Shown piece after piece: positions 36,902 to 50,754 of a stretch of DNA of 64,000 bases. Numbering within the stretch: the stretch's first letter is position 1; every line of letters begins with the position of its first letter. The DNA comes from Lama glama (Eukaryota). Position numbers and translations under genes: made by a program. The stretch lies in the NCBI GenBank assembly GCA_028534125.1, contig CM052817.1:47060001-47124000 (forward strand), written 5' to 3'. The notes under the pieces were generated by a model that saw nothing but the letters and a program-made list of their open reading frames with translations, searched no databases and had not been told where the DNA came from.

Positions 36902-37523
36902 TGTGGTAGGCGAACTCTAAAGAGAGTCCCTCATATGTCTTGCCCTTATCCCCAGGACTGTGAATATGTTAGAATATCATGCATGTGCTTATGTTATCTT
37001 ACCTGGTAAAGAGATTTTGAAGACGTAATTAAGATTACTACATCAGTTGACTTCGAGTTAATAAAAAAAAGAGATCTTGGGGTAGACCTAATCTAATCCC
37101 ACAAGTACCTTAAAAGCAGAGCTTTCTATAGTTGGTGGCAAAAGAGGATATCAGAAAGATTCAAAGCACAAGAAGGATTCAATGCACCATTGATGGTTTT
37201 GAAGATGGAAGGGGCCACATGCAAGAACTGGAGAGTGACTTCTAGTTGTTGAAAACAATCTCTGGACAATAGCTAGAAAATAAAAGAATGCCTCAGTCTT
37301 ACACATGTAAGGAATGGGATTCTAATGACAGTGTGAATGAGACTGGAAGTAAATTCTCAGACCCTCCAGATAAGTCCAGCATGGCCAGTATTTTGATTTT
37401 GGCCTGTGAGAGACTCCAGCTGCCCAGACTTCTGACATACATAACTGTGAGCTAATAAATGAGTATTGTTTTATTCTGCTGAGTTTGTGGTGATTTGTAA
37501 TGCATCAGTACAAAACTAACATA
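36902..37523 (+). mobile_element. MaLR solo LTR, MLT1E-like
   Basis: 'tgtggtaggc...gtaattaagattact...tttgaagatggaaggggccacatg...aactgtgagctaataaatg...aaaactaacata'. Confidence 0.88.
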
Positions 37524-38214
37524 TCAGCTTCTGATAGTATTAAACTGACATTTGATATTTATTACACATTTTTATGTTTTTGACTAATAATTTTATGATT
37601 TAAATTTTATAAGAAATAATTAGTTTATTATAACCTAATAACAAATATTTAAAGTGAAATAACTAATACAGAAAATAAAGTATTTTGAAGCCCTTTGTAG
37701 ACCATGGAGTGATACACTCTCCATAGAAGTATATATAGAATTTTAGGAAATGCATTCAGAGCACTAGTTTGTTGACTCTTCCTCTTCTGTGAGACCCTTA
37801 TTAACATTCAGTGTGTTAGCTCAAATGGAAAATGGCCTTTGTCTAAGTTAATATGAGGTTTTTAAAATGCAAACCTTTAATTAACATAGAAAAATGTTAC
37901 ATGCCTTTTACAGAGATTTGCCTGGTTAGTAGATTTTTATCATGCTTTGTTACTGTTGTCCTTTATACTTAGATATATATTTTATTATTTACATTTTCTT
38001 CATGTCATCCTCTTACCATCTTCAACTTTGTTTTCACTTTTGTGGTTTATTATCCTCCCTCAACTTTTACAAATGAAAATTAACCATATTATTCCCATCT
38101 ATGGAATATGGAATATAGTATTTCTTAAATAATTAAGATATAATTTCTGAGTTTACCTAATCTTATGACTTCTTAATTAAAAGACATTTCACAGTTATAC
38201 AAAGCTTGAGAGTC

Positions 38215-38340
38215 AGTGTGAAACAATGAAAAGAATGTTGTACTATATTAGAAGTTGGAGAACTGAGTTCAATCTTCAGACTTCCATTAGCTAGTATTAT
38301 GCTCTTTGACAAAAATCTTTTCCATCTTTTAACGTTTGAA
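38215..38340 (+). mobile_element. MIR 5' fragment
   Basis: 'agaagttggagaactgagttcaatcttcagacttccattagctag'. Confidence 0.55.
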
Positions 38341-38677
38341 ATTCAGTGAAGTGGTTTTTATGTTGTAGAACCCTAGATGTTTCTTGAAGATCACCAGTTT
38401 TGCTCTAGAAATAAGAAGTCAAGAGCAAGTAGGGTGGTTTTAGGTTGCCTACTCCTGTTTTAAGTGGGGTAGTCTATCTATTATCTGTTTTATATAATTC
38501 TGTGTCATATTTTATTTAAAGAAATAGCTGTATAGCTTTAAAAAATAAACAACAAGCAATTAGATGATTTGTAAGATTTGTCCTGGTTTAAATATAGGTT
38601 CCCTTCTCCACCTGAATTCTCTTTTCAGAATTCAGTAACTGAACAGATTCAGATAGCAAGGGATAGATATTATGCAA

Positions 38678-39079
38678 TATATTAGTCATACTCCATAGAA
38701 ACAGAACCAAAAGGATGTGTTTATTTAAAATTCGGTTCATGTGATTGTGGAGGTTTTGTAAGTCCAAAATCTTCAAGGTAGGCTAAAGACCAAGGAAAGA
38801 GTTGTACTTTGAGTCCAAAGGCTGTTTGCTAATAGAATTCCTTCATGGTTATAACAGGGTGGTGGTGGTGGTGGTGGTGTCTATGTTCTATTAAGGCCTT
38901 CATATGATTGGATGAAGTCCAACCACATTTTGGAGGATAATCTGTTTTACCCTAAATCCGCTGATTTAAATGTTAATTTGGTCCAAGTAACACCCTCAGG
39001 GAAACATCCAGAATAATGTTTGACCATCTATCTGGGCACCATGGCCCAGCCAAGTTGACACATAGAATTAACTGTCTCA
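38678..39079 (-). mobile_element. ERVL solo LTR, MLT2C/D-like
   Basis: 'agaaacagaacca...ggccttcatatgattggatgaagtccaaccacat...ggcccagccaagttgacacatagaattaac'. Confidence 0.9.
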
Positions 39080-41226
39080 TATTATAAAGAGAGAAAATGG
39101 AATCTTGTAACTATACAGTTACTCTTCTGACAATAGACAAGAATATGTACTAGTAAGATAAAATACTAAGTGGGTTTTATTTTATGGAAGATAACAGAAT
39201 TAGAAAAATTCAAAGTTTTATTCCAAAAAGAAGTAAAGCATATTATTTGGGGAAGCTAAAACATCTTTGGATTTTTAAGTTAATTTGCTTGGAAAAGATT
39301 TCTCCCCTTTGAGTAAATGTTGGGCATAGTGTCATAGAGAAACATCTGCTCCCAGGTAAGACCTATTTCTTCAACCACAGAACTATCTCCACAGCCCTTA
39401 GAGGTCCATGAATTCATAGTTTCTCAATCTTCACTTAATCTCTGCTCCTTTCTAAATCTCTGCTTCTCATATCTGCTTACTGTTTCCCTTTTTTATTCCT
39501 CCCATCTTTGTTCATTTGTTTTTATTGTCTTCAGCAACTTTTTAGTGTATCATAACATTTTGCAAGAAATAAATAAACACATTCTTAGTAGACTGCCCTA
39601 TAGAGTATATCATTTTTATATTTGTTCATTTGGCAATTGTCCTTGATGCAAAATGAAAGGGCAAGGTACACTCATTTTACAGAATAATAGAAAAATAAAG
39701 CAATTGTTCAAATTTACTGATAAACACAATGAATAATAAAGATTCCCTTTTCTCTGAGGTCCAAATGAAATTCATACAATTTAGTAATGTATATCTTAGA
39801 ATAAAAATAGTTTGTGTAGTGCTGAAGCTTCCCTTGAATAGGTTTTCCCCCAAAGCATATTTTATTGCTTATGTAATTATTTTATTTTCTGTATCTTGAC
39901 TTCTAGAGCTATTCAGATGTTAATATGCCTTAAAAAATATTTCACTATGAAGTGACATGCATGACATATTTGTTTGTAATGACATGTTGCTGCCAAATTC
40001 CCAAAGGAGCAAAAACAAAGTTTCTCAAGCTCTCTTAACAACTCATCTGTATTCTTGCAGCATGATTCCTTGATTATGCATCACTCCTTTGTGTTGGGCC
40101 AAGGTCATAACTGATTTATCTACTTTGCAGCCTCAGAAAGAGACTGATATTTTATCTCCTAGAAGAAATATGATGAATAAGCCTTTCAATATTTTTAAGA
40201 CTGAAAGGCTCTGACATAAAACCCTGGAATAGAGACTAAAACTTTTTCATGCTCCTGAAGTAATTAAATTCAAGGGAAAAGCAGTTGGTCCAGGTAAACA
40301 GTGAAGACAACAAGCTGGTGATCAAGGGCACTCCCTCCATGTTTCAGGAAGTGGTTGGTGGTGAACTCAAAATGTCACCAGCTTTTGGGAAAGACAACAT
40401 CGCCTGTAATCAGCCTGATTTGAGTCGCTTTAGAAATAAGAATGGTGTGCTGAGAGTTGTCCTGGAGATTGTTCTAGAAAAAACACTCACTTATTACCAG
40501 AGGTTAAGGGAGAAAGGAACAGATTTTAGACTTGAATATAGTGGCTGCACTTAAGTGAGCTTTTCTCACAGGAACGTTTTCTTCCCTCCAGCTTCCCCCA
40601 CTTCAGTAAAACAGACCTGCATCTTATTTATTGTTGTGTAATAGGAACCTCACACTGGGCTTGGGATAAGGCTGGATGCTAAAAAATTATTTGTTAAATT
40701 GAGCAAACGAAACTGATTTTTCACTACTTACGTGCTGTTTATTTTACCTTTGCTTATTCTGCTGTATTGGGGGATCTTACAATGACTGTGATTGGATGCT
40801 AAGGCTCAGAATGAAGTGACTAAGCAGCACTGGCATAAATAGTAACATCACCTGTTTTTATGAATCAACACACAAAAGAAGACTTAGAGGCAAATTTCAG
40901 GCTTAAATATAGAATGTCCATCTCTATACTAAGTCCACAGAAAACTTGATATCCTTCCAGCATCTACCCAAAGAAGATAAAATGTTAATTTCCAGGAAGT
41001 TCAGTCCAGTAATTCCTCAGAATTTCTTTCCTAAACTTTCTCTTAAAGCCAAACACTGTATAGTTATGCCCCTCAGGGCTGACTCATACAGTAGTGTTTT
41101 GCTTAATTACTTGCATTTGTTTATTTCTAATTCTGGCTTTAGAAGTAGAATTAGAAGTTGCACACTGATGGTCTACCTCCAAATATTGCTCACATAGTTG
41201 GTTTTGTTTGGTATTTTAAAAGTTAG

Positions 41227-41805
41227 TGTTTGTATTTGGGGGTCCTTCAAACCACCCTCAGGTTCAGTGAGTGATTTGCTAGAAGGACTTATAGAACATA
41301 GAAAAATGGTTGTACTCATGGTTAGAGTTTACTACATCAAAAGGATAAAGATTAGAATCAGCAATGGGAAAAGGTGCATAGGGCAAGGTCCAGGAGACAA
41401 CAGGCACACGCTTCCAGTTGTCCTATCCCAGTACTCATGGGGGCAGTTCTTAATTCTCTCAGTGATGATATATGACAGCCTGCATAAGATGTTGCCAACC
41501 AGGGAAGTTTACCTGAGTCTTCATGTCTGGTGCTTTCCTTGGTTGGTCACGTAGGTATGACTGACTGCCCGTGAAGAATGGCTTTATTCTCCATTCTTTC
41601 CAGGGGTTAAGCTGATCACACAACCCTAGGTCCCTATAATAAATCACACTGTTAGCATAGACTATCTGATGTGGTCCAGGGATCTTAGGTAAACAAAATA
41701 CTCTAATCAGGCAAGATATTCCAAGGGCTTAGAGGTTCAAATATTTCTTTGGAATGTACAGAATGTAGTCAGCCCAGACCTGTTGAATGAATCCTCTACT
41801 GCACA
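41227..41805 (-). mobile_element. ERVL solo LTR, MER77/MER68 (MER21 group)-like
   Basis: 'gggggtccttcaaaccaccctcaggttcagtga...aaatcacactgttagcatagactatctg...atcaggcaagatattccaagggcttagagg...tactgcaca'. Confidence 0.85.
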
Positions 41806-41829
41806 GCATTAATAGTAAATCTATGAGAT

Positions 41830-42010
41830 TTAGGAAGTTTTACATGAAATATGGATTTTTGGATTCTCTTGTGAAAACTGGATGATCCGGCCCATGTGCC
41901 AACCTTGCTGCCACTGATGGGAACTGAGCAGCCATTTTACTTTACTTCAGCTCACCAAAGTCTTTTGATGTTACACCCACCTTGTTTTGCACAATTATGT
42001 GACTTGCTCA
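41830..42010. mobile_element. hAT-Charlie fragment, MER102-like
   Basis: 'tggatttttggattctcttgtgaaaactggatgatccggc...ggaactgagcagc'. Confidence 0.45.
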
Positions 42011-45000
42011 TCTCTTATAAGTATATTATAGATGATTTGGAAACTAAGATTTGTTGAAGATTCAGAATTAAATTAAAAAAGGTCATCCTTTTACCTCCTG
42101 AATTTATTTTGTGTCTCCTCGAGCTGTTTTTCTGTGCTGCTCTGTTCTTTGTCATTAAGAACCACTTATTTGCTTAACCCATGGGAAAAATTATTATTCT
42201 GAGAATATCATCATTATCCAAATAAAAGAACCAGAAGATTGCTCTGGAGCAATAGTTTTCAAAATTTTTTAATCTGGAAGCTAAAAAGAATTTGTTTCTT
42301 TGCAATAAAATAACTATAGATTGTCTACTTTTTCTAAACTCATTCATCCCGTTCTCCTCCTAAACTACCCTCACCAGAATTAAAGAAATCAATATTGTTT
42401 CTTACTTTATCTGATATCACTTAGTTTTAACTTGAGAGCCGGGAAATAAACTTTTAGATTACATGTGACCACTTGTAGCACTTTTTGTAGGGACCTGTTC
42501 TAAGTTGCTCCCCTACAACCTGGCTACTAAGTTGACTAATGAAAGCAATTCACAGAACAAAAATACCATACATCCAGGTATTTGTTAAATAAACATTCTT
42601 CAGAAAATAGGCATAAAATGATTCATATTTTTTGTTTGGTAAGCTTGATGAGTCCCAGCTCTGTGTCCTTTCAGATGCTTTGGCTGTCTTATTACAAGAA
42701 CAGTTTGCTCTAGGCACACTCTATCAGTGCAGAGGTAGAACAAGGCAATTGAATTTCTCCTAATCCAAGGAGTCAAAAAAGGACTTTAGGGCTCAAGCCT
42801 CAGCGTTAACCATAAAGGTGCAGGCCAGAAGCTTCCAAGATTCCCAGTCTCTGTTCAAGTATGTTTGAAGGGTCATGAAAATATTTTAGCTAATCCACAT
42901 GTATTGAATACCTTGAACCTATTTCTAACATTTGTCTCACTAGCAATTTCTCCAATAAAAACAATTTCTGCTGCTTGCTTCATTAGTTAGCAAAGCCTCA
43001 GCTGTTGACTGAGATATGGCTAACCAAAATGCCTTCAGTGGCCACCTTGGAGTGTGGCCTTTCTGAAAAAAACACCAGTTGACTCTTCCTGTAGTTTGGA
43101 TTTTATACAGTGATCGCTTACCTTAGCGCTGAAGTTTGAACTAGCTGGCACATTCATAATACTACACTCTTTCTGCGGAATTATCTTAAAATAAGTTAAA
43201 TATCTTAACATCTTTCCAGATTTCTAGGGGTAGTAATTTCCAGATTACAGCTTGAAAAAGAAAGTATATATCATATGACATGTCCCCTAGTCCAAAGCAA
43301 GAGTTGTACTTAAAATATCCATGTATATAGGTATCTGTCATATTTCTTAAATTCTATGATCATTGTGGAGATAGGAGAGACTTTATGAGTTGATGGTTTT
43401 TATACTTTAACTCTTTTGCTAATACTTATTTTGAGAAAAATATGCCAGTTTTGTAAACCTAAAAAGTAATGACTAATAAAGGAATATGACATATTACATA
43501 GAGCATATGGTCATAAGTTAATAAATCATAATGAAAAACTAGTACCCGGAATGTAGGGGTTAAAAAAACTCTTCGTTTGTGGCAGCTTATTTGACTGGCT
43601 TTGAGATTTGTTCCCCATATCAATGGGCAAGCAACTTATAAAAATCTAAGAAATACTGTGTTAATCTTAGTGCAATAATTAAAAACGAGGTTTTTCTCTT
43701 GAGTTAGAAGTTATCAAGAATTGAAAGTTCCATTTGTAACTGTGTACTTAGAGCCATTAAAAAGTCAGCTTTAGTACTGAAAGTCCTATAGGAAAACTAA
43801 ATTTGTTATTAAGACTCTGGTGTTCTCTAGTTCCCAATCTCTTTTTCCCTCCACTAAAACAATTGTTTTTACAGCATGGTTTTGGATAACTAAGGTTTCT
43901 TAGGAGCATAAGGATCACATTATAGCAGAATAGAAGGGATTTAACGCAACATTAATAGTATATATGTGACTACAAAGAGACAGGTGGGGGGATTTGTGAA
44001 TATTTGAGTCATTTTCTTTAAACCTTGTGATTTTGTGTTATGAGCAGACTTTTAGCTTATTAATGGTTATTCTTTTGATGTTTAAAAGTGTAACGATGAT
44101 TTTTATTTCTTTAAAATTTACATCAGATACTTAAGCTTATTCTTTGATATCGATACAAAATTAAATATTACATTTTGTATATTTGCATACTCAGTTGTGT
44201 ATAATACACATATAGTTATACCCTTATATATACCAGCTGTGAACCTTCTTTTCTTTGCCAAAGGGTTTTTCTTTCCCATATTCCAATTATAACCGCCTTA
44301 GGGTTTCTTCTCTTTGCCTGCTCGTTCAGCATCATTCACCCTGAAAGATGAATGTGATTGGGATCATGTATGAAATACAGCTGGTAAAGGAGCAGGGAGA
44401 AAAAGAGAAGTTCTGTGTCAGGAAAGGGGATGTTTTAGTGCAGGAACTACAGAAGGCAATAGATGTTGGGTAGTATTTCTCCAGCATTTGAAGGAATGTC
44501 ATAAAATGTGTTAATCATTGAGGGAAACAAACCCTTTGGATAATTCATTCATGTGTTATCTTCGACTAAATCTGAAGCTGGTGCTTATTCTGCTAGTGAT
44601 TTCCTGTCTACAATGGGGAAAAGAGTTACTATTTTTAATTATATGATAGTGAAACCCTTGACGGTAGGGCATATTGCCTTCATTTGAGAACCATTTTACT
44701 GTTTTTATTTTATGGATGTTAACAGTATATTTCATCAGTTTTGAATGGTTTCCTGTTAAGATTTAATGAGGGTGAGGCTGAGGGGTAAAAGGGACAGAAT
44801 AAAATAGTTCTCAAAATTCTCTTTACAGTGCAATCCAGAAAGATCTCTGAATTTTGAATTCTCCCTTTAGACAAAAAAAAAAATCAGAGGAACTGTGATA
44901 TATATATTTTTTAAAATATTCATTAACTAAATAGGAAAAAAGTCACAGAGTGCCAATTATTATTACTATTTTTAATGTAAAGATGTAGAGTCCCAGTATT

Positions 45001-45399
45001 TAGAAAGAACTCTCAATTCATGATTGGATTGAGCCTAATCAGTGTATATCCATTAATTGTATACTAAATTTTATTACTGTTTCAGGTATATTCCTTTACA
45101 TAACCAAAAATATTTCCTGAAAACCTTTGGCACATACATGTAATTGGCAAATATTTGTAGGATTATTACTATTACTATTATTATTATCTGAAATTTACTT
45201 TTATAGGTGTTTCACTAAAGAGTCTGGTGGTTATCAAGCACCACTCAGTTTCATAATGGTTCTGGAGAAGAGAACAGAGCTGTGAGCTCAGCCATCTGCA
45301 TCAGCTTCGTCTTTATCTGATGATGGTAACCTGGTATGGTGCCTGGTATATATAGTAGGAATTCAATAAATGGTTTAGCTTGAGTAACTGGAAAAGAGG

Positions 45400-45600
45400 A
45401 ATGCATAAACTGTGGTTGACACACTGAACTGTTGCATTTAATCCTCAGACCTCTCAAGTAGATACCATTTTTATCTCTGTTTTATTAATGAGGAACCTTG
45501 ACTGGTGTGTTTTTGTACCTTGCCCAAGGTTATATAACATAATGAGTGGTAGACCTGAAATTTGAAGGCAAGTTCTTTGACTTACTGTTACACTAACTTG
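45400..45600 (-). mobile_element. MIR fragment
   Basis: 'atttaatcctcag...tatctctgttttattaatgaggaac...cttgcccaaggt...atttgaaggcaag'. Confidence 0.7.
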
Positions 45601-47028
45601 TTTTGCCACGGCATTCTAAATACTTAAATTTTTTTAGAAGGAAAGGAGAAGCTCAAAGTTTTCAGGGAGAATGCTTTTGAGACCTAGTGGTTTTGCTGTC
45701 CCAGGACAGTGATTGATGTATTGATTTTAAAGGGATATATGAATGCTCTGAGTTTCTGCTTTGGGCAGGAGATTTTTTTTTTCTTTTAATGCAAACATTT
45801 CCAAATGGGAAAGGGAAAAAAGATCTTAGAAATATTTATTCTTTCTTGAAAAGTCTTTTGAATACAGGGGAAGAAAAATCCCAGCAATGTGAAGCTGGGG
45901 CTGAGATGCAGGTGCCGGTGACTTTTGATACATCCAATTACAGCGTTTATTCTAATAACGACACCAACTTACTGTCTTTTAATTTTCTACTCAATTTTCT
46001 GCTCTAAGTTTAGATTTTTGCAACATTAAACTGTTTCTGAAACAGTTTCTACAGAAACCTCTCAGGCAAGCCACTTAAGTCAATAATTAGAAAGTCATTA
46101 TGTGTAAATTATGTGAAACAAGCTGTGTGCCTGGAGGAACAGATGGGAAGGAGTGGTTTCAGAGATTTCCAGGAACAGTGGCCTCTATCTTTCATTCCTT
46201 CTCTAACAGCCCCTTGGAAAACAAGCTTTTCAAGGTCCCCAAGCATGTTCAAGATCAATACGTAAAGTCTGTGTGCCATGTCTGACCTCCAGTAATCTTG
46301 GAGCCTCACCTCACCCCAGAACTTCGACTCATCCCTGCTCCCTCTCTCTTTCTGCCACCCCAGTACACATGTGTGATTTCAGCAGTGGGTTGGGGTGAGG
46401 GTGGGGGTGGGGAGCTGTGATGTACTTGGATATTCTCCAAGTAGTCCAGCTTTCTGGGATAATTTTATTTGTTACACTTAACTGAAATTGATGCAACCCC
46501 CTTCCTTTAACCTCACATTACATGTTTGGTGGGAACGCAAAACAATTCCTAATATTTGGGGCAAAATATGATTTTCTTAGTGCCCAGCAAGGGGTAGAGA
46601 TTATGATTTTCCTGATGGATTCCTGCTTCTGCCTCTCTGAACTCTGTCTGCTCTGCACTTTACTTCTCTCCACTCTATTCTTTGCTGCCTTTCCCCAGAT
46701 CAAAAAATTCAACCTATTCTGTCATTCAGAACAATTTAATTTTCTGCAGTCACGACTGCAAACTTAACTCCAGACCTACTTTTGCATATTCAAAAAAAAA
46801 AATCAGCAGCAAGCTTGCAAAACAAAGCTTCTGGGCTCTGTTAGCATCAGGAAGAACCCTCAGAAGCTTTAAAATGACAGTTTTTCCTTTATCTTGGGCC
46901 AGCAGCTCAAGTTCTTGGGTAAGGCTTTCTCCTCTTTGAAAGTAGAAGGCTGCAGTCAGTACTATTTGTTTTGCTAATAGAAAATACTTCCCAGGTTTCT
47001 TGTTTCCAGGCAGAGAAACAATTATTAC

Positions 47029-47507
47029 TGCAGGGGAGGAAAAATGTTTCCTCTACTTTTCTTTGGCCGATCCAATATTCAAATTAACATAGGACAGATT
47101 AACAGCACAAAAACAAATTTAATTACATACATACAAGGGCCTCATAGTATTATGAGACCCACGGGCAGTCAGGCAGTTGAGGCTTATATGTCATCCTGAG
47201 TTAAGGAAAACAGGGTAGGGGTCTAGGACTTCAAAGGGGAGGGAGACAATTCACAGGAAGCTGGGAAGAGCAAATGTTTTGTAAAGCCGAGCTTCTGTCC
47301 AGTTTACCGCACCCAGCCCACATTCTTTGCAGGTATCTCCAGTGACAGTGCTCTTCCTGGACCAGGCCTCCTATCCAGATTCTTTTAGGCAGTTAAGGGA
47401 GAGGTAAAAGTTTTTCTTGAGTCTGCTGGGCCTTGACTGCCTTCAGTTCAAAATAGTCTGCTTGCCAAAGGGGCCTATTTTGGGGAGACTTGTTCTGATC
47501 ACCTTCA
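47029..47507 (-). mobile_element. ERV1 solo LTR (MER34/MER39-related), 479 bp
   Basis: Minus strand starts tgaaggtgatcagaacaagtctccccaaaataggcccctttggca; TG...CA ends; 4-bp TSD ttac/tgac. Confidence 0.82.
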
Positions 47508-49199
47508 TGACAGCTAATGTGTCTGTCTTGTAAACAACTAAATAATCAGCCTGTAGCATTTTACCTTACATAAATAAAAATTTAATGAAGAGATAAAATA
47601 ATAATGTGTGAAAAGAAATGTACTAGGATTCCTGGCATATAGCTATTACTGGAAAGTGATAGCTGTTATAATTTTAGCCGCCAGTCTTTGGTTTCTCTCC
47701 TCCTCTCTATCCCTTTAAACGCTGGGGTTTCCCAGGGCTTCTCTCTTTCATTGGTCATACTTTACTTATCCTTTCTAAGCAGTGTATTCTACTCTGTAAC
47801 CACATGATGAGGCACTTTATATTAAAAGACCAGGGAAATAAAGTCTCAGGAGTGACATGAAGTGCTGAGACCCACAGGATGAGTATGGGCCTGACCCCTT
47901 GAGGTCAGAGGACTGCACCACCACTACAGGGGGTTGGTAGCTCTGGGAAAGACTACTTTGGCTTTAAGTCAACCACCAAGCATGAGGTATCTGAAACATG
48001 GCATTCCAAATATATCCCCCACTTACTGCTGCTGTTTCTTCTTATATTAAATCACATCCTCTCTGATTTGCTAAAGCAATGTCACTGGGCTTGACTCTGG
48101 CTTCATCTTCTATTACTGTTCATGCACATCATTCACTAAAGTACAGTGATTCTTCAAGACGCTGAGATGAAAAAAATTCATTTCATCCATGCTCAGTGCT
48201 ATAAGTGGGACATACTCATATTGTTCTGGGCTCCCAATGTTATATCTCTTTACTTGACAGTCATTCACACAACCATTTTTTTAAAAACAAAAGTTATTAA
48301 TAATGTTCCCTCTCACTCTCAAAAATATCTAGATTTGAATAATAAATTGTATGGGCACCCTCCTTAAAGTCCACCCAACCTAGAGTAGTAGGGTAATTGG
48401 AGAGAAAGAGAGAGAGTATTTTAATTTCGGTCTCTTAATATGCCCAACCCTAGCCTCCCTCATGACAGCAGAGGTCCTGGCATTGAGCCAAAGTCATCAG
48501 ACTTTGACCATCTCTTATGTCAAGTTGAATGACTTCTTCAGAACCCTTAGTATACTTTATAGAAAATTAACCTCAGCTTGGACCTCATCAGTGCTGCAGA
48601 GGTATTCTATTTGCATTGAATCCTAAATGATGGGGAGTAAATTTTAATCTTTTCCATATATGGAAGCTCTCTGGTATCCCTGAATTCTGTATACCTGGGG
48701 TATTATTTGGTTGAGCCCAGAAACTCCAGTTTTACCTTTGGTCTTATAAAACATGATTAAAATTGTGCACTGATATGACTCAGCTAAGAATGAAGATCTG
48801 TCCAAAGTTACAAGTCATCATCGCTGAGAGACTTACAAGCAGCTTTCAATTTTTGAATGGCAGCTTCTTAAGCTTTTATTTATGCACATAAATATACATC
48901 ATATGCACATTCATGTATGTAAGCATAAAAAGAAATCTAAAGGTTATTCATCAAGTGATAAACTGTAAAAGCTGTTTTCAAGTGAAACTAAGGAATAAAG
49001 GCACACATAGAAATCACCCTGGTTACTTTTTCATCAGCAAACATTTTTTGAGAATGAGCAGTATGCTAGGCATTATATGAAGAGCTGTCTTTTTGAATAT
49101 ATAAGCAATAAAATGACGTAATTTGGGGAAGACTTGAATGTTTTTTGAAGTTTGTAGTTATCTGGCCAAGTTAATTGCACATGTATCCTTTTCCCACAG

Positions 49200-49365
49200 A
49201 ACGTCATCCTCACTTCCAGTGTAGCATATATCACACTTTATTATAGCTGTTTGCTTCCATTTTTATCACCTCTCCCAGTCTGTGATCTCCTTGAGTGGAA
49301 ACTCTGTCTCTTCAACTTTATAATGCCAACTACTGTCTCAGTTCCCAGATTATAATAGATGCTAT
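49200..49365 (+). mobile_element. L2 3' end
   Basis: 'cagtctgtgatctccttgagtggaaactctgtctc...ctttataatgccaac...aatagatgct'. Confidence 0.65.
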
Positions 49366-50003
49366 TTTTTTTTCTCTTGATGCTAGATTCTTAACTTTTC
49401 TTTATATAAGTCAATTTAGAGCTAAAATAACTGAAGTTGAAATCTGTAGAATAACTTCAGTAGCAGACTAAGAAAAAAAGGCAATTACAGAAATGATTTC
49501 CTAAGTTAACTGAATTGAAAATAAACATCCAGACTTCGAGGTAAAATTAGCTTGAAGTTTAGAGGACAATATGTACGTTTCAGAACGTTGGCATACGAGG
49601 AACTTTATTTTGAGTAAGCACCGTGTCTTATACTTGTCTACTCCACTTATATAGTACCTTCAAGTAGATGCTAAATAAACGCTGATAGAATAAATGGGCC
49701 TACATTTGTCATAGGATTTTCATTGAATGTTCTACTAGAGGTAGCATTTGTTTTGATGTTTAATACTTACCTAATAATAAGGAAAGCTAATTGCTGATTA
49801 TAAATAAGGCATATGCTTAGGAGTTAATATTTCCTTAAGAACAGAGCAATTATTAGATGCTCAAGAAATATTTGGCAAAAAAAAAAAATCAAGTTGCTAC
49901 AGTGTTCTCTGTGACTGGTTTAGCGAGATTGGGCATTTTCCCTATTGTCATTTCTTATTCTACATCTGTTGTAGTTCTTATTTTTATGCTGATACTGCTT
50001 ATA

Positions 50004-50647
50004 CAGTAGTCCCTCATTATCCATGGGGGATATATTCTAAAATCCCTAGTGGATGCCCGAAACCCTGGATAGCACCAGACCCTATGTATACGATGTTTTT
50101 CATATGTATATATACTTACAATAAAATTTAGTTTATAAATTAGGGACAGTAAGAGATTAACAACAACTAATAATGATGTAGAACAATTGTAACAATATAC
50201 TGTAATAAAAGTTATGTGAACGTGGTCTTTCTCTCTCAAAATATCTTACTGTACTGTACTCATCCTTCTTCTTGTGACAATGTGACATGATAAAATGCCT
50301 ATGAGATGAGATGAAATGAGGTAATGACATAGGCAATGTGACTAGTGTTAGGCTACTATTGACCTTCTCACAATATGTCAGAAAGAGGATCATCTGTTTT
50401 GCGATCCTGGAGCCATGATGATATACAGATGGTTGGCTGTCAGGGGCAGACAGTGTTGATAGTGGGTGTCCCAGGGAAGACACAGGGGAGGCTAAGAGAT
50501 TTCATCACTCTTCTCAGCATGGCATGCAATTTAAAACTTATAAATTGTTTATTTCTGGAATTTTCCATTTAACATTTTTGGACTGCTGTTGACTGCAAGT
50601 ATCTGAATTCTCAGAAAGTGAAACCAGTGGATATAGGGGAACTGCTG
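50004..50647 (-). mobile_element. MER44 (Tigger7-derived) non-autonomous DNA transposon
   Basis: TA|cagtagtccctcattatcca...tggatataggggaactgctg|TA inverted ends; internal 'ttgtttatttctggaattttccatttaa'. Confidence 0.92.
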
Positions 50648-50754
50648 TAGTTATTTATTTACTTATTGATTTTACTCACTGTGGACCCTTCAAGGGGCCA
50701 GTGTGTGTCAGCGTTACTCAACCTCTGAGAGTCTCAGTTTCCTTGTCTATGTAC

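Noticed and set aside
40285..40554. 89-aa ORF with plausible globular composition
   Set aside because: Non-ATG start, no recognisable homology and no convincing splice-site pair.
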